Positions 63,938 through 64,000 of a stretch of 64,000 bases of DNA are shown piece after piece. Below the pieces are notes generated by a model. The model had not been told where the DNA came from, ran no database searches, and was given only the letters and a program-made list of their open reading frames with translations. The first letter of the stretch is position 1; every line of letters begins with the position of its first letter. The position numbers and the translations under genes are program-made. Origin of the DNA: Bacteroidales bacterium (GTDB lineage Bacteria > Bacteroidota > Bacteroidia > Bacteroidales > GCA-2748055); the NCBI GenBank assembly GCA_029210725.1, contig JARGFM010000012.1:36956-100955 (forward strand), in the 5' to 3' direction.

Positions 63938-64000
63938 ATGCAGAAAGGTAAGATCAATGTTACCACAGAGAACATTTTTCCCATTATTAAGAAATTCCTG
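63938..64000 (+). CDS. htpG: molecular chaperone HtpG, N-terminal fragment (runs off the window)
   Basis: MQKGKINVTTENIFPIIKKFL matches the conserved N-terminus of Bacteroidota Hsp90/HtpG as I recall it. Only 21 codons are visible. Confidence 0.6.
   Translation, partial: MQKGKINVTTENIFPIIKKFL

Overview
The window is a 64-kb chromosomal segment that looks Bacteroidota-like. Supporting signs are a TTG-N19-TAnnTTTG promoter in front of the HU gene, a Y_Y_Y/propeller sensor kinase, fused CcsBA and FeoAB genes, a GH29 fucosidase and an HtpG N-terminus typical of the phylum. About 60 genes are present, mostly ordinary housekeeping and metabolic functions. These include a two-component pair, Rex, RibF, an ADP-forming acyl-CoA synthetase, an aminotransferase, a four-subunit 2-oxoacid:ferredoxin oxidoreductase, NadD, Gmk, YicC, a MATE pump, a tryptophanase-like lyase, an HMA-fused metal permease, FeoAB, CcsBA, PurB, an MsbA-like ABC exporter, a D-lactate-dehydrogenase-like enzyme, a rhodanese/YeeE/YedE sulfur cluster, PhzF, an aldo-keto reductase, FabK/NMO, an MFS transporter, an AlkD-like protein, a fucosidase, serpin plus S8 protease, tRNA-Ser(UGA), HU, TrmH, a LytTR regulator and a class-III aminotransferase. 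I saw no rRNA, CRISPR array, transposase, integrase or recognisable defence genes.

The outstanding region is 17.06-24.66 kb. It is a tightly packed seven-gene operon of four multihaem c-type cytochromes (about 25-28 haem motifs), two NHL beta-propeller proteins and one large outer-membrane beta-barrel. That is the logic of a porin-cytochrome electron conduit, in a gene combination I do not recognise as characterised. The operon carries five in-frame stop codons (TAG, TAG, TAA, TGA, TGA), one +1 frameshift in a G7 run and one destroyed CXXCH motif, while the frames are otherwise preserved and the flanking genes are intact. This means recent pseudogenisation, sequence or consensus error, or something stranger.

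Secondary points:
- A structured 47-bp tandem repeat is shared upstream of the S8 protease and the serpin, next to tRNA-Ser.
- A second G7-associated frameshift lies in a DUF4256-like gene.
- An AT-rich patch contains gene remnants.
- A Rex-box-like operator precedes rex.
- An orphan TM1266-type regulator is present.
- An exported sulfur-trafficking cluster includes a catalytically dead rhodanese.
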